Assembly (NCBI GenBank): GCA_964016885.1
Contig: OZ024742.1
Span: forward strand, 181,784,001-181,848,000
Direction: 5' to 3'
From: Eledone cirrhosa
Taxonomy: Eukaryota
DNA length: 64,000 bases
The position numbers and the translations under genes are program-made. Positions 14,710 to 28,561 of this stretch are shown here, piece by piece. Each line of letters starts with the position of its first letter. The stretch's first letter is position 1. A model generated the notes under the pieces. That model saw only the letters and a program-made list of their open reading frames with translations, did not search any database and had not been told where the DNA came from.

Positions 14710-17700
14710 CTACAGGCTGATAAAGAGAGAAGGCCCATTCACACGGGCCATTTTCGCTACTTTCACCCACCTTACATAAAACTTGCTGGGGTAGAGCACC
14801 TCTCTCTCCATTCTGATCCTTCTCTTAAAATGGTATTTAAAAAAAAAGACCAGTTGTTGGCCGGAGAGAAAGGTGTCCGACCTCAGCCCTTTCAAACATG
14901 TCCACCATACCACCTCTTTCACCATGGCTATCACACAGAGGAAGACCGCCTCTCCTTCAGTTTTGAAGGGGAGAGGCGGCTTGATCGTTACAAAGGACTC
15001 GGTGGTCAACCGGATTGGTCCCCCCCGTGACAACAGTCGTTCGACATAGCACCACAAATCGGCAACGCCCGAGAAGTGTACCAATGCTGGCGCAACGGTT
15101 TCCTAGTCGAACGCACGCATATGGGACAGATCTTTTTCGAGGGTTCCCTACCCGAGCGCTCGTGTCTGTAGAGCTTTTCTCGAACGCGCAACGCCCCTCG
15201 GTAGCACTGCCAGGCCAGGGATCTCTGGAAATTGTCCATAGGTCCCGGGCCAAATGTCCTCCCGAATAGGCTGGCCAGTTCGTCTTCCTCCATGCCTAGG
15301 GCTCGTCCGAGGGTGTCGTCGCACCTACTAACCACCAGCCCTCTATAGAATGACGAGGTGGAGTCTCCACCCATAGCCGAGTCCGCCTGCCAGAGAGCCG
15401 TGAGCGCCTGGGCACACTCGGTGTGCCAGGCGCCCAGTTTTCTCGGTCTTTGCTTGACCCAGGACTGCAGCTCGGTGAGCGAGTCGAGTCTCGGAAAGGC
15501 TCGCCTCATAAACGGGGCTCACAACGGTTGACCGGTGAGGAATACCTGGAGGTGTTGTAGCCTTAATGCGTGTTTACGCAACAGCAGCCACGGCATCGCC
15601 AGCCCTCCTTTTGAAGGGTGTTGACAGCAGATGGATCTCCTCACCAAAGGAGCCCGCTTCTTCCACAGGTATTGGAAGAGTACGCGCTCCATTTTGGTGA
15701 GCGTTTCCCTTGGGCATGGCACGACGGTCAGGCGGTAATAGATGACGGACGCTATATAAGCTTTCGCCACCTCCGCCCGACCTTTCAGGGATAGTTTGCA
15801 CTCAGCCCACTTCTGCGTCAGCGCAAACACCCTGTTCGATACCTCACCCCAGTTCTTCTCCACCTGGAGATCTGGCCCGAATCAGACCCCGAGCAACTTC
15901 ACCGGGCCCTCCGTCCAACGTCCTACGACGCCGTTGGAGGCCATCGGTTTGCCCCTCCACTCGCCGAGTTGCAAACCGACTGACTTGTCCTGGTTCAGCT
16001 TAGCCCCTGTAAAAGTTTCGTATTCCTCCAGTAAGGTGCCGATCACCCCGATTTCTGAGGCGGTTGACACCATTACTGTCACGTCATCGGTGTAAGCCGA
16101 CACCGCTTTCCGCAATCCCGGTTCCAAAGGGATGCCCAGTAACAACTACAACTTCCGCAGCAGTGGCTTTAGGGCCAATACATACAGAAGGGAGGAGAGA
16201 GGGAATCCCTGTCGGATAGACCGCATGATTTCGAACGGCTCCGACAGGTAGCCGTTCACCTTGACCCTAAACCAGATGCGGCTGCTGTGCATGGCAGTGA
16301 TCCAGCCCCTGAAAACGGGTCCGAAACCTGCCGCCACTAGCACCGCATCCAGGTAACGATGGTCGACCCTATCGAACGCCTTAGATTGATCCAAGTTGAT
16401 CAGGGCCCCACCAAAGCCGGGTTCGTTCCCAACCCTCTCTATGATGTATCGCATGAGATGGAGATTGTCGTGAATGGACCTGGACGGGATGGCGCATGTC
16501 TGCGCATCTCCCACCAGGTTGCCCACGACAAGCGCCAACCTCTTTGCTAACACCTTGGCCAAAATCTTTAACTCTGCATTTAGCAGAGTTATGGGCCTAA
16601 AATTACTTATTTCATCCCCCTTGTTCTCGTCCTTCCTCACTAGCGAGACTACGCCATTGGTCACAGAATAGGGAATTCTCCCGTTCTGTTGCCAGTTGCA
16701 GTAGACCGCCTCGAGGAGATCGAAGAACAAGTCCGGCATACTTAAATACAGTTCGTATGGAAGACCACTGAGGCCCGGAGATTTGCGTCTGCCGCATTGG
16801 CTCAGTACGTCCCCTATTTCAGCAGCTGAGATCGGCCTCTCGCAGGACTTCGCCTCCTCGTCCGAAAGATGCGGCAGGGCGTCAAGGTATGGACCGAGGT
16901 CTACATCCCCATCCGGCCCCTCGCCCCTTCCGAACAATCGGGCAAAGTGCCTTTGAAAGGCCTCGCACATCTGCTTAGGTTCAAGGATCACCCGTCCATC
17001 CTGGTCTCGCAAAGACGGGATAGTGGATCTAATCCCTCTGTTGGCTTCTGTCACTCGGGCCAGCTAACAGCTTTGGTCCCCTCGTTTCCTAGAGCACGTA
17101 TTTTACTTCGGACAACGCAACCTTCGTGTTTCGCGTCGAAGAACTGGGCCAAGGCCGTTCTCGACGCTAGCACTCTGGCTACGTCGCCGCTTCTAATTGC
17201 CTATTCTGCACCATCTACCAACTCCCTTTCCTTCCTATTTCTATCTGAGGCTAACTCCTTACTAACTCCTATTGAAGCTACTCTAATCTCTCTTTTGAGA
17301 GAGCCCCACCACCTGCTGTTGACGTTGGTGCCCGTCAACCGCTCCTTAACTAAAGTACTAATCCGGTCCCTGTAAGCTTTACTTGCCGGTAAGGACAAGT
17401 TGAGCTTCCAGTAACCGGGTCCCTGTCTATGCGTTCTATCAAGGTTGACCATGGAGGTCACTAACTTGTGGTCTGAATAGCCAACCATGAGCATTTCTGG
17501 ACAACTTAAAAAGTCCCTATCCTTATTTCTAACTAAGAACCTATCTAGGTACGATCTATATTGACCACTGTGGTTTGTTCAAGTCCAGGTTGACACAGTT
17601 AGAAAATCTAGTCGATATCTATCGGACAGGTCGAATCTGCCTATTAACCCCTTGAGGCTGTTACAACCCCCTCTATCAGGACATGCCCCTACATAGTCCC

Positions 17701-17960
17701 AACGTGCATCTAGCATACCATTCCAGTCCCCCACTAAAAGCAAGGAGTGGGACGTCCCTAGAAAAGTCTCCAGACGATGGAAGAAGTCCGGCCGCGTTGA
17801 CCCAAAAGGGCCGTAGACGGCGACCAGCCTAAAAGCTCCGCCTTCACCACTGCCAAGGTCCAGACCCACTAGTCGACCCTCCGGGTCCAAGTGTACCGTC
17901 TGTGTAGCGAGACCCAGATGTTTTTGCAGCAGAACGAGAACCCCACTCCACCTCCGGGCT
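14710..17960 (-). pseudogene. Tx1 ORF2 (APE endonuclease-reverse transcriptase), disrupted
   Basis: Collinear ORF fragments 17579-17890, 17201-17494, 16146-17054, 15882-16145, 15519-15863, 15006-15509 and 14710-15084, separated by stops and frameshifts. Confidence 0.9.
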
Positions 17961-17999
17961 GACAGAGAGATGCGTGCATCTCAATGTCATAAGAGGTCA

Positions 18000-19850
18000 T
18001 TTAGAATGGATTGTTGGGTGGGGTGGAGGTTTGTGGAAGTGTAGGGGCATCAGTGTGTGGTGGGGTTGGGGTGTTTGGAGTTGTGTGGGTGTCTGGGGAG
18101 CGGGGATTTTTTAGGAGGACACTGTTAATGGGTCTGACGCAGGGGGACCCCCACGTCCTCTTTAAAAGTGTCTTTTAACGTTTTGTAAATGTCCATTGAG
18201 GCTTTTATCATTTTTAGATGGGGAAGCCCCGTTGCTTGTGCGAAATTCGAACCTTCGGTGTTTATTAAGTTGTTATTATAAATAACGTTTAACTTTGCCT
18301 TTCATCCTTACAGGGTCGATAAAATAAAGTACCAGTAATGTACTGGGTAATTGCTGGTCTTGTGCCTAAAGTAGAAACAATTATAAATAACGTTTAACAG
18401 TTTTTTGTTTATTGTGTTTATGTAAGTGTATGCATATTTTTCTTTTTGTGTGATATTTTTTGTTGCTGTTGTGTGTTTTTGTGTGTTGATGTCTGTGTTA
18501 TGTAGTGGGGAGAGGTTGTTTGTATTTGTGTTCCTGTGGTGTGTTTTCTTTTTTTTCTTTTAACTTTATGAAAGTGCCCCCCCCCCCCTCGTCTGACAAC
18601 GAAAGGGGGGTCGTCTTCCGTATTCAAGGGGAGGGGTTCATTTTCGGCTCGTGTTTGTGGTGTGGGTGTTATTGTATATGTTTTCTGTGTCTGTGTGTGG
18701 GGAGGGGGATTGTTTTCAGTTGTGTTTTAAACTTGTGGTGTTAGTTGTTTTTGTGGTGGTGGTGGAGGTTGTGTTGGTAGTGTTGTAGTTGTTAGTGTGG
18801 GCAAAATCGGTGTTTGATTGTTTGCTTGGGAACAGGCAGCCCTCAGGTGACCTCTGCCACCACAGAGGTAACAAGCGGGTCGTCTACCCTCCACTGTGAT
18901 GTGTAAGTAGGCAAGCCCATCCAGCAATATGCGGTCGGGGATCCTAGCAATTCGTTCTGGCTGCATTTGCACCAGAACTTGCAGGTTAGTTCCACCGAAC
19001 ACGTTGCTGGAAGACTTACCTACCGAAATTACTGCATCCTCTTTCAAGTCGAAGAGGCCACACAGTACCGCTCAGAAATCAATATCTGGATCGATACTGT
19101 GTATGGCCAATCTTTGTGTTGTTCTTCCCAAATAAGTGGGGAAGAAGGTAAATAAAGGGGATACAATTGGGGCCAGGGAATGTTTTTCGGCCGTCAATTT
19201 ATCTTTCATTCGGATGGATAAACTACCGTAGAGTCTATCCTTCCGAATGAATACAATGTTTTTCAGATGATCTTTTAAAGCCAGTTCAATCTCTGTCTGT
19301 GTGAGTTGTACTGGCTTACGGGTTTTGTTGGATATTGTCCTATAAATAGTTTTTAAGCTATTTTCCTTTTTTAGCTCTGGGGGAGAATTTAAAGAAAATA
19401 GACCATTCTCCTCCAAAGTTATATACTTCCGTGCATTTTCCATTTGCTGGGCCATGTTTGAAATGTCAATAGGTTCATACACAATGTTTTTTTTTTGGTA
19501 GTTTGAGCGAACGTCATTTTGTTCGCCCCCTCTTTGTTTACATTTGTCGAAATGTGGTTGTTTTCTTGTTTTTTGTTGTTACAATTTTCATATTTTGTTG
19601 TATTTGTGTTATTTATGTTGGTGTATGCGTTCACATTTTTTTTCCCGTTGGGGTTAGACTCGATTTTTTCAAAATCTTCACTTATATTTTCATTATCCGA
19701 GAGACTTGTAGTCACAGCTACTACTTCTCTTTCACCTTTGCTGGTGGGCGTGGCACTGTGAAAAGTCGAAACGGCATCCATTAATGTTGGCAATTTCTCC
19801 GAGTCAATTTTTTTCACATTTTTTTCATTAGGGTTAGGCTCCATTTTTTC
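18000..19850 (-). pseudogene. Tx1-like ORF1 (gag-like, CCHC zinc knuckle), disrupted
   Basis: ORFs 19419-20159, 19072-19482 and 18727-19047 (ITVEGRRPACYLCGGRGHLRAAC), followed by a Pro/Thr/Lys-rich tail. Confidence 0.75.
18290..18380 (+). mobile_element. 5'-truncated SINE inserted in Tx1 ORF1, with target-site duplication
   Basis: SINE 3' half flanked by attataaataacgtttaac at 18275-18293 and 18380-18398. Confidence 0.85.
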
Positions 19851-20429
19851 AATGTTTCTAATAATCATTATTCTTTCAGTAGGGACAATCACAAGATTTT
19901 TAGGATGAAAAAATTTCACCCCAAAAGGGGTTAAATAAATTAACTCTAATGTCCGAAGACCCAGGCAAGGGGGATTAATTAACACAATAACGCAAGAATA
20001 CAGACAAACACTTACTGTTAACACGTAATATCTCCAATACTTGAGGAGCCGATGTGAAGAACATCTATACCATCCGGAGATAGATAGATAGATAGATAGA
20101 TATACTGCTGACCACAATGCTTGACGCCCCACCATCCAGCAGGCCACCAGCCCATTCAAGGCAAACCGCCTAATAAGCCAGGAGGAGAAGAGACTCGGTG
20201 AAGGTTTGGGTTAGGATGGAGCAAAGCAAAATAAAAGCATTTCTCTGCAGTTACTGTGGGTGATCTACTGATCTCGGATCGCTTTGACCAGACACCGAAG
20301 CGCATGCACGCTTGGAGGACAGAGTCGGCCTGGCCGTTAATTGAATGTATCTTCGTATCGAAGTCACCACCACCACCACCATCACCACCACCATCACCAT
20401 CACCACCACCATCATCATCATCATCATAT

Positions 20430-20461
<32 letters not shown>

Positions 20462-20649
20462 ATCCCGTGTTCAATCGGAGGTAACCACAGTAAGTAAGGT
20501 ACTCAATAGATAGCAGCGTATAAATATTTAATATAGAAATGGCTTCTACAGGACTAGAACTGTTTCGTTCGAAGGAAATCATCAGGAAGGCTTACCTGAT
20601 TATATCCTTCGACTGAACAATTCTAAACATGTAGAACCCATTTCTATAT

Positions 20650-20656
<7 letters not shown>
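20462..20656 (-). mobile_element. Palindromic HHR mini-element, family A
   Basis: HHR on minus 20543-20589 (cttc-CTGATGA-tttccttcgaac-GAAA-cag..ctg-TA-gaag), with a decayed inverted arm to 20656. Confidence 0.8.
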
Positions 20657-20692
<36 letters not shown>

Positions 20693-20749
20693 TTATATAT
20701 ATATATAAAAATATATATAATATATATATATATAAATATATATAAATAT

Positions 20750-20836
<87 letters not shown>

Positions 20837-20843
20837 TATATAT

Positions 20844-20939
<96 letters not shown>

Positions 20940-20948
20940 AATATATAT

Positions 20949-21027
<79 letters not shown>

Positions 21028-21046
21028 CATATATAGTATATATATA

Positions 21047-21127
<81 letters not shown>

Positions 21128-21128
<1 letters not shown>

Positions 21129-22084
21129 CTAGACATGAAAAATCCGCAAGCTCAAAAGTGCCACAGAATGTTATAATAAACCTTCAAAAGTGTGGGACTA
21201 GAGTTGTTGCTAAAAAATATTGCAATCATTATATATCGTACATTCTGTGGCATCCTTTATAAAAATAGCTTAAACCAACGAAGCCTTTATTTTTACGCTA
21301 TTTCACTTAGTTAATTCTTAGAGTGTAACATATAAAAATATGATTTACAACTATAAAATAAATTAATTAATATAATAACAGAGCTGCGGAGCTGAAATTT
21401 AGGAAATAATGGAGTATCGGATCCTGAGTTGGAGCCAGTCAATTTTTAGCCGACTCCGCAGCCCTGTATAATACATTTCATATTAAAGTTATTAATAAAC
21501 CTATTTTACACTGCATGCAAATTACCATGAGATATTGATATTAGATATAAGATACAGCGCAATATCTACAGCTGTAAAAGTACGAAAGCGAAGTAATAAT
21601 AAGTGGCTTAAGGTAATTCCAATATGAAAGTTTGTAGTGATAACAATTTGATAATGCAATACGATTGTTAATATTATAGTTCTATGAAAATGTAACAATA
21701 GATAACTAAATTATTATACTATTAGTATATTTAAGAAATTATCATTATAGATTTGATCGTTCATATAAGCATCATATTAATTTTCAACACAATTATTTTG
21801 TTACTATGAGTATATGATAATAATATTACGTTATTATTTATAGCTGTTATTACATTAAACATAGATGTATTTATTTTTATATGTTACACTCTAAGAATTA
21901 ACTAAGTGAAATAGCGTAAAAATAAAGGCTTCGTTGGTTTAAGCTATTTTTATAAAGGATGCCACAGAATGTACGATATATAATGATTACAATATTTTTT
22001 AGCAACAACTCTAGTCCCACACTTTTGAAGGTTTATTATAACATTCTGTGGCACTTTTGAGCTTGCGCATTTTTCATGTCTAGT
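21128..22084. repeat. Foldback-like element: ~215-250-bp inverted repeats around a ~450-bp AT-rich spacer
   Basis: 21128-21340 (actagacatgaaaaat...) is the reverse complement of 21871-22084 (...atttttcatgtctagt). Confidence 0.85.
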
Positions 22085-23299
22085 TTAATATTTTTTTAAG
22101 GCAACGCTTGTAATAACTCTAGTTAAACAGGATATATATTAATAATAAATTATCGTTGTAATGTAATTAGATTATGTAATTGTTATTATAAATTATCTTA
22201 TAAATATTAGTGTAAGATGTATAAAAATATTTTCAGACTTTTAATATAAACAACTACAAAAAACAATCAATATTAAATCAATATATTATACATAATAGAA
22301 GACATAAAATAAACATTACAAATACAAAATATTTACATACAATTGCAATTATCAGTGTATATACATTTTCTTTATATTCCCTGAGCAAATTAATAAGATT
22401 TGTTTTTATTGTACATAATTTGATGACTTGTTGGTGTGTATTAAAAGATAGCAACAATTTGTGATTAAATTGTTATCTTAAGCAACTCACTTTTTAATAG
22501 TTGTTGGCTGAGCGAAATTGTAAAAGCCTATGAGCAAATATAAAAAAAAATACACAAACAACATTTCCTTGTGTTATTACAACATTAGATAAAATAATTG
22601 AGCAATGTCGTTATATTTTGCTCTTATTGCACATTAATAGTGTTTCTATTTTTCGGCACAAATCCATTACGGCAGTCCATTACTGGTACTTTATTTTATC
22701 GAATTAGTAAGTATGAAAGTCGAAGTTAACCTCGGCAGGATTTGAACTTAGAATGCAAAGGACCATAACAATACTGCAAAGCATGGTGTCTGACGCTCTA
22801 CCAATACTTGTGTTGAGCTGGTCATTAATTTATGGTGGTCGTGCGTGGAGTAGAGCAATCGCTAGTTGAAATATTATGAACAAAACATTTTTATTTGCCG
22901 AAGAACATATTTTCAATACTGTTTGTGAATGTGACGAAGGAAATACATTCTGATATGGAACAGTGTACAAAGTGAATAACATAATGTTACCTCATGTTGT
23001 TGTCAAGACATAATGGATTTCGTTTATCCAGTTAGAAGATGAAACCTAGCCATCTCGGATTAGTTATATTTCATGCCATGTGTAAACGTGTTTGAGGATA
23101 GCAAAATATGCGTGTTTCTTGTCTGGAAACTTTCTGCTAAACAAATTTGTTTCAGTATATATTTAATATAATATTAATATATTTTGTAATATTATTAACT
23201 AATTATTATAATTAGCGCTTCAGGCTTTGTCTATATACTGAAACAAATTTGTAAGTCATTACCTAATTAAACTCTTTGCTTGAAATTTTATCATTCTTC

Positions 23300-23374
<75 letters not shown>

Positions 23375-24705
23375 TCTAGTCCTTCGCTCAAGATTAATCT
23401 ATAAGTTTAGATGTCTGCCTTCGTTTAAGTAAATATTACAGTAAGATTTTTAATATAAACAACTACAAAAAACAATTAATATTAAAACGAAAAAATTATC
23501 AATGATAAAAGAAGCGGATGCAACTTTTTTTTTTATAAAGTTATATTCCTGTTTCTTTAAAGAACATTTCATTTTTGTTCTATTGTAGGCGAAATAATGC
23601 AATGGTTTAATAGGGAAGATATAACTTACCAATTATGTCTCTAACCGTTTAACGCTTTTTAAGTAGATAACTACAATTGAAAATACTAAAGAAATGGAAC
23701 CAACAATTCAATTTGAAAGTCGTCTACTTATAGTGACAGTGTATTACTGGTACTTTATTTTATCGACCCCGTAACGATGAAATGCAAATGCTTAAAATTT
23801 AAATTGCCTTAATTCTATCGTCTGCTGTTTCATTAAAGGGAGATTCTCGTCTGTATTTAATTCTATCGTCTACTGTTCCACTAAACAGATATACCTCCAC
23901 TATCGTCTCGATTTATACATTTTAACTTATAACTTATACACATTTGATTTGAAATATTTTATCTAGTCCCCCCTCTCAATATTATGATGATTTCTTTCGA
24001 ATGAAACAGTTCTAGTCCTGTAGAAGCCATTTATATATATAATTGAACTGAGTTAAAAATTCACAATATTTATAATTAAATAAGCTCATATATATATGTG
24101 TGTATTTATCTGTTTATTGTATTATATATAATGTGTGTATATACAGGATGTCCCCCAAAAATATATACACACTTCAACAGCATTCTAATAACTATTGCCT
24201 GTACAGGTAATCAAAGTGTCAATCGAATGTTAGTTTCGTGTTTTAACAGTACAAATTTACAATACACACATAACACACATAAAACCAGTGTATATACATA
24301 CATGAGTGTGTATACACATACATGAATGTGTATATACAATATATATGTATATATATATAGACACATATATTCACGGTGCAACGGAACATTAAAATATAGA
24401 TGCGGGAGGGGGGGGTATATATAGGGGCGCTGGGGATAAAGGAGTGTAAAGCGTGTGTAATTGATGTATTGAAGGAGAGGAGCGTGCAGCGATAGAGTAA
24501 CAAATATATAGAGAGGGGGAGAGATGGTATTGAAGGGGAGGAGTGCAAAGCGAAAGAGTAAGAGAGATATATATAAAGACGGAACAGATAGAGAGAAACA
24601 GGCGTAAGTAACAGTGGAAGAGATATATAGAGAGGGGGAAATGTGTTATTGAAGGGGAGGAGTGTAAAGCGAAAGCGTAAGATATATATAGAGAGAGGGG
24701 GAATA

Positions 24706-24745
<40 letters not shown>

Positions 24746-24893
24746 ACACTTACTCTGATTGGTTGAAAATTAGCCAATGACATACGATCACCACCACCAC
24801 GGCTATCCCCGAAAAATTTATGAAGAAGCTAGGCATATATGTTAGAACACGAAAAGTGAACATTCTGTTGTTTCACACTTTTCGTGTTCTAAC

Positions 24894-25029
<136 letters not shown>

Positions 25030-25664
25030 ACCGCCTTCGGCCAAGAATGACCATGGACTTTGCCCCAATAATGTTCCTTTCCGAGGTGCAAACCAGGGCG
25101 AGTTGTTTTTGTGGAGACCAGCAGTCATCCATGCATACTAGCTGTGAATCTAACTCTCTAATCATTAAGCCACGCGCCTTTACAAACACACACACATATA
25201 TATATATCTATACATGCAAACACACGCACTCTACCATACCTCATACAACCACATAACTTCGTCATTGGTATAAGGTTCTCACGTTGTCTTTGCTCTCTAT
25301 TCACAGCCTTTTCAAAATGGTATAAAGAATGAAGAGCCAGACTAGAACTATGAAATCGTTTCGTGTATCATTGAGTGTTGATTGAGATATTTCAGTTAAA
25401 TCGACGCCTGTTGGCTTCTTACAATACGACATCGATAGATTCCTCATATACATATTAAGAATAGTTTTCCAAAGATCAATGGAAAATGACCCCAGTAAAA
25501 TAAGGAACACAGTACATTAGTTGAAAAGGTTCATGGTTTGGTTTATTTATTATTTTGTATAGAAATGGCTTCTGCAAGACTGGAAATGTTTCATTCGTTT
25601 GCTGATAATTTTAAAGGAATGAAACTGTTCTAATGCTGTAGAAGTCATTTCTCTATAAAATATA

Positions 25665-25731
<67 letters not shown>

Positions 25732-25837
25732 ATATAGATAAAAAAAAAATTATTTCAATCATATTACAATGCTTATACAGGTTAAAAAGCATATTTTACA
25801 GAGCCTTTATTCATACAAATTATATCTATATAAAATA

Positions 25838-26806
25838 CTAGCAGCAGGACCCGGAGTTGTACGGGGTAGGAAACGTGAAATACCAACACGCATATGCAAA
25901 GATTGAGGAATGTAACTGTGTACTTTTTGAATTCCCTTATTCTAAGGGAATTATTGTTCATATACTGGAAACGTAGAACACCAGCAGGCCCGAATCGTGA
26001 AACATCTGCATGCATGTGCAAAATCTGAAGAAAGTCAGCTGGATACACTTTAAGCGTACTAAATCTTAGAGTATGATTTTTCTTCCATTTGGAGAAAATC
26101 GCACTGCGTTTACACACCAACAAAACTTCGTCAAAAGGGGTCACCGCGGAATTAGCACAACCGCTGTTCGGCGTACTTGCGTAGGGCGTTCATACTGCTG
26201 TGTATGTGCAACAAAAGAGGTCTCAGTAGAAGTAGCACAGATGTAAGTTTTACGGTGTCAATAACACGACAACGTACACAGGGCCCGGATTTGCGCGTGA
26301 TGAAAGTACGAAGCGTCAATAGGGCACCGACAAAAATTTTAAGGTCCTCCTCATTTCCTCAATCCCCCGAAAATGGTCCTTCTTAAAAGTAAGTAAGTGT
26401 TGTGTCCTCTGTTAAATAAACCAAAATTTTAACGAAATATAATACGCTACTTACGATGTTTAAGTAGCGTTTATATTGGAAATGAAAATGGCATGTAATG
26501 CCCAATGCTAATTCGTAAATTTAATGGAATCGGAAATTTTTTCTCCACAGCAATGCGACGGGACTAACTAATGTGTACTGCAAATTTCGACGAAATTCCC
26601 CTAACAAAAGCCTAAAAATACCTTTAAAATGCGGGTTTTCACCTAATGCGGGCCCTAGGGCAGAGAAAGTTCAAATCCTTTTTAACCCTTTGCACTTCAA
26701 GAAATATAAGTAACGCATGTGTAAAGTTTGAAAAAGATCGGTCGGGTACTTCTCGAGTTTTAGGGATTTACACAGACAGACATCCTCTGTTTTATAAATA
26801 CAGAGA
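25838..26806 (-). mobile_element. Non-autonomous Helitron
   Basis: The minus strand starts A|TCtctgtatttataaaacagaggatgtctgtctgt and ends with a hairpin (ccccgtacaactccggg) then CTAG|T. AT target, no TSD. Confidence 0.8.
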
Positions 26807-26944
26807 TAAAAGAAAGATGTTTATTGGTTGGTTGGTTGGTTGGGTGAATCACACGAAAACTACAGACACGCACACACACACACACAATTACATACACACA
26901 CATATAAAGAGAGAGAGAGAGAAACACACACAGAGGGAGAGGCA

Positions 26945-26997
26945 GAAAGAGAGAGATAGGCCGTTATACAGAGAGATATACAATTAAAGTGTTAGAT

Positions 26998-27080
<83 letters not shown>

Positions 27081-27554
27081 GTCCTACAAAAGTATCAGTT
27101 GCAGGATTAACAATATTGCGTTAGCTTTTATAAAGTCGTTTTTTTACAGAACAAAGAAAAATTGATACCATTTGAAATTAATCTACCCTCCACCTTTTAT
27201 CCATATACTACTTACAGACCGTACTAACGAAGCAACACTTCAGAAGCAATGTTATGCGGTATAATGCTGTGTTTCAGATGATGTCCTTTGGAGCTGAAAA
27301 GGATCGTACTGACTATGGTTATTTCATAACATTTAAAATCCAAGGCCAATGCTACCATTTAATCGGCAGTTTACTCCCCCAGCCTAATAAGGAAGTTTTA
27401 TGATTGTTTTTTTTTTATGTCTCTCTCACACACTCACGCACCCACACATTACGGTCTCACCTCATACCAGACAATACATGCAATACAGTCATTTATTTCT
27501 TTTATCCGTCTCCTCTTAACTTTTCTCCCGGGCGAAGTCGGGTACCTCAGCTAG
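26945..27554 (+). mobile_element. Deleted Helitron with RepHel remnant and 3' terminus
   Basis: 27258-27385 translates approximately as YNAVFQMMSFGA...FKIQGQCYHLIGSLLP (Helitron RepHel N-terminal region). The 3' end is the hairpin cccgggcgaagtcggg then CTAG|T at 27551-27554. 26945-27010 matches 28858-28915. Confidence 0.75.
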
Positions 27555-27989
27555 TTTAGGTATAATATATAAAATATTATCATTGTAAGCAAAGAATATA
27601 TTTAGAATAAAAACATAATTTTACTTACAAGCTATTGCTTAGACCGCGGTTTCATATAACCAAGAAAAAAACACCAATTACCATAATTAAAATGGCTAAT
27701 TAGTAAATTAAGACAGTCATTACTCATTAGTAAGCATAAGTTTTAAAACATGCTTAAAGCTTTTTCAATCAAATTCAACGATATTAAATTCTAGACAACA
27801 ATTAACCTCACAGCAAAACAGATACACTTACATTATAAGAATCATGTGTTTTTAGCATAAAAAATAGTCGGTTGCGGCGTTAAAAAGGTAGCGATCAAGA
27901 TGGAAGCTAGAAATTGTTAACAAGATCCTAAAAATTAGCAACTCCGCCAAGATTAATTTAATTAATTAACTCTATATACTATTGGCATG

Positions 27990-28290
27990 CGGTTAGAATA
28001 TCTCGGGAAAGAATCGTAGGACACATTTTACGGGTAAAACCAACCGACAGGGGACCCAGTGGTAGACCCCGAGCAAGATGATTAGATAACATCCATAAGC
28101 TTGGCTGATCTCGCTTGGGGATCCATCCAGATCAATTGGAGACGGTTGCTTCTGACTGACAAGACCCGCCGGAAGGGTAGTTTTGGGAATAAGAGAACGA
28201 CGACGACGACGACGACGAAGAAGAAGAAGAAGAAGAAGAAGAAGAAGAAGAAGAAGAAGAAGAAGAAGAAGAAGAAGAAGAAGAAGAAGA
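27990..28290 (+). mobile_element. RTE-like LINE 3' end with (GAA)n tail
   Basis: Decayed GRPRAR(W)LDNI...WRRLL C-terminal motif followed by (GAC)n(GAA)n. Confidence 0.55.
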
Positions 28291-28561
28291 ACTCTACATA
28301 TCGTAGGTCAGGACGACACAAAAGGTCAAAATAGCAAACAATAAAAAACAAAAAAAAAAAACAAAAAAAAAACTGAAACAAGGAGACACATTATTTGCAA
28401 AGTATATGCACAAAATTAAGGACAATGTGTGTACAGTGGAAATATATAATAGAAAAAACAAAAAGGGGCTTGATTTTTCAGGTGGAACTCGTTATCAAAG
28501 TAGCGTAAGAAAAGTAAAGATCAAAAATAAGAAAAATTCAGGAACACGAAGGCGTTGAATA

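Larger units (their letters stand above)
14494..20078 (-). mobile_element. Tx1-clade (L1 group) non-LTR retrotransposon, degenerate, ORF1 + ORF2
   Basis: ORF1 pieces carry a CCHC knuckle (CYLCGGRGHLRAAC). ORF2 pieces include APE (LVAVYGP, GDWN, SDHKLV, GPGYWKLN), RT (KSPGLSGLPYE, NFRPITLLN, LDQSKAFDRVDH, IRQGFPLS, AYTDDV) and the C-terminal LSLKGRA and KGGLAMP motifs. (GATA)n lies on both sides. Confidence 0.92.

Noticed and set aside
25285-25520. Possible exon after the plus-strand acceptor ctctctattcacag
   Set aside because: There are early stops in all frames, no clear donor and no recognisable protein.
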